Assembly (NCBI GenBank): GCA_951406725.2
Contig: OX597814.1
Coordinates: 89,342,001-89,406,000 of the forward strand
DNA from: Octopus vulgaris
Taxonomy: Eukaryota
Direction of reading: 5' to 3'
Length of the DNA stretch: 64,000 nt
In this document: positions 62,301-64,000 of the stretch, one piece after another
How the letters are laid out: every line of letters begins with the position of its first letter
Numbering within the stretch: position 1 is the stretch's first letter
Notes under the pieces: model-generated
What the model was told of the DNA's origin: nothing
Database searches by the model: none
The model's input: the letters and a program-made list of their open reading frames with translations, nothing else
Program-made: the position numbers and the translations under genes

Positions 62301-63875
62301 TCTGCTAAAGAAACTCAATAGCCACCATGCCTGCAGTTAGTGTTAAACTAGAATTAGTTTAACATCCATTTTCTTCATTTGGTAGAAAGAAAAAGAAAAA
62401 TGTACCAGCACATTAACCCACTGAATTGAATTCAGTCTGAACTAATAGCCCATGAATCATTGCTATAGATCAATGAAAATCAAAAGAGCATTTATGTGTA
62501 ACATCTACAGCTCATTCCTCTGTTGGCTCTACTATGACAAGGTTTATTTAACTCTTTCATTATCATATTTATTTTGAGATGCTCTGTGTTTCTTTCAATC
62601 AATTTTAAATATAACAAAGAATTTAGTAAAATAACTTAGTTACCATTAAGCTAGTGTTATGAACATAAATTGTGACTAAGGTATGGTGGAAGATTTTAAT
62701 TCAGAACTTCTGAAAATAAGACATTTGTACTACAGAGCCAGAGGGAGTTTCATCTGGGTTGGTATCGAAAGGGTTAAGTCTGTCTGAATATAAGGTTAAC
62801 GTAGAAACAAATCTATGTTTATTGTATGTTATTTGAGATAAAATGTTATTAAAATATACACTGAAGAAAATATTACCATGGTTCTCTATTGTTCACTGTA
62901 GTGGTTTGCTGTAGTTCGTTGTCATGGTCATCGATATGCTGTAAAAAATATATTATATTATCATCATCATCATCATCGTTTAACGTCCGTTCTCCATGCT
63001 AGCATGGGTTGGACGGTTTGACCGATTTATATATATATATATATATATATACATGCATAAAATATTTGACTTTAATTTAAGAATAACTCATTAAATTCAT
63101 GGATTTAAGAATATGCAATTTTGTGGTATCCATTTCTTTTCAATGTGCTCATGATGCAATTAAGATGGCTCCAACTAGGAATTCAAGATGAGCCATAGAT
63201 GACAACAGACTACTATATCGAAGTATCTGACACTTACATTCATAGTGACTATTTTAACTCCAGAAATCATTTCATAACTGTAGACGACTCTTACACAAAA
63301 TACTTCCCACTGCAACAGCTATCTTGCAAAGGAACTATTGCAGAAAATGTCACAAAGCAGGATTATTCTTTCTCTGACAATAAAAAGGGAAAATTAGCTG
63401 CCACTTGCAATATGTACAAGCCTAATAGCATGTAGAAATTGTTTAAGGTGCCTTTGTGACCACGACTCTCGGCCCAGAACACTGAGAGTGTAATAGCTGT
63501 AGAAAAAGCTGCACCACAGTTTGCTGGTACTCTTTTTTAGCTGAGTAGATTGGAGCAATGTGAAATGATGTAACTTGTACTGCTTGGTCCAGGAATCAAA
63601 CCTATGTAAGGTCAATACCTTAACTAGTAAACCACACACTTTCTACAAAATAATCCATAAAAATATTTAGGATAGTTTCTCAAAGTTATCTTCACTGCAA
63701 GGTTGGATGCATATGGCAAAAAAGAAAACAAAAAATTCATTCTGAGTGTTTACAGGAATTACACGAAAGTATAAAAGTAACAAATTAACATTTCACAACA
63801 TTCCACTTACTTTTGAATGGGAGCTAATGATTTGGGATACTGAACTTGCAGACAGAACTGAATTTTGGTGCCATT
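50391..63875 (-). CDS. Unidentified protein, 3' part (Ser/Asn/Asp-rich, probably disordered, with a short hydrophobic C-terminal block); exons 63811-63875, 62877-62938, 60744-60832, 59996-60039, 58231-59011, 55729-55772, 50391-50528 (stop)
   Basis: One 781-nt open exon plus six smaller exons with polypyrimidine-AG acceptors and GT donors. Phases chain without stops: ...WHQNSVLSASSVSQIISSHSK/HIDDHDNELQQTTTVNNREPC/DNSIVPQPNASSSSDEIIPGNPSVILNQN/ETNPEDEAQQQTISQ/ADETMASNL...SPSKRKHI/EAQYITDESKLDALH/KLKSLLKIPLITADQKTTTNWSLPENILTKINTYWSNNTSHHSIQ*. The 5' end lies outside the window. Confidence 0.75.
52334..54129 (+). mobile_element. Full-length but pseudogenised mariner, with an RTE-tail retroposon inserted at about 52443-52968
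   Basis: TIRs TCAAGTCATCCCATAAGTTCTGTCCGA / TCGGACAGAACTTATGGGATGACCTGA, TA flanks. Transposase KEHLRYIMLYEY...WFAKFRSGDFSLKDE...GRP, VTGDEKW-like, HQDNA and HPPYSPDLAPS, with frameshifts and stops. Confidence 0.93.
55430..55640. repeat. Degenerate minisatellite (about 30-bp GTGTCACTGGCACAGGTGCC units) inside an RTE-tail retroposon
   Basis: About seven TCACTGGCA-cored units; a similar array on the other strand at 5070-5175. Confidence 0.7.
57265..57775 (-). mobile_element. tRNA-derived SINE; related copies at about 8357-8660 and 32845-33180
   Basis: Minus-strand head GGCCCAGTGGTTAGGGCAGTGGAC...GGTTTCAATTCCCAGACC; shared tail GACCATGGGATTGCACCTAGAAAGTT...GGAAGACCAGCAG. Confidence 0.75.
59191..59411. 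mobile_element. TTAA-flanked (piggyBac-like) MITE
   Basis: TTAA on both sides; short TIR CCCTTTCGTTAC / GTAACAAAAGAG; sister copy at 62552-62773. Confidence 0.8.
62552..62773. mobile_element. TTAA-flanked (piggyBac-like) MITE, second copy
   Basis: TTAA flanks at 62548-62551 and 62774-62777; colinear with 59191-59411. Confidence 0.8.
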
Positions 63876-64000
63876 CTTTAAAAAATGAATAATGGAAGAA
63901 AGCATTAGAATGAATTAAATATATATCTCTCTATATATATATTCTCAAAATTCAAATAATGAGAGAAACTATACCAACCAGGAATTTCTTCTAATATCTT

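Noticed and set aside
63238-63318. Possible extra phase 0-0 cassette exon of the unidentified gene (GTAAGT donor at 63237)
   Set aside because: Weak acceptors, peptide composition unlike the neighbouring exons, and not needed for frame continuity.

Overview
AT-rich, intron-rich, repeat-dense animal DNA. The (TA)n/(CA)n/(CAT)n microsatellites, RTE LINEs and tRNA-SINE families suggest an octopus (coleoid cephalopod); this is an inference. Most ORFs in the supplied track are spurious or transposon debris. Four spliced genes were reconstructed by hand from GT-AG sites and phase continuity: CFAP157 (minus strand, first three coding exons, continues past the left edge), NDUFS3 (plus, six exons, 266 aa), COX6B1 (plus, three coding exons, 78 aa), and an unidentified Ser/Asn/Asp-rich gene (minus, 5' end beyond the right edge). 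The rest is decayed LINEs (RTE, R4/Dong-like, CRE-like), Tc1/mariner, pogo/Tigger, hAT and TTAA-type MITEs, SINEs and a probable solo LTR. The most notable observations are: a 250-bp element combining a tRNA-like Pol III head, a hammerhead-ribozyme core and inverted termini; three candidate frame-equivalent short exons (8, 44 and 14 nt) in the unidentified gene; about ten long fold-back structures, including mariner/Tc1 derivatives built from two copies of the same end; and an RFX X-box at the CFAP157 promoter, which may also drive NDUFS3.
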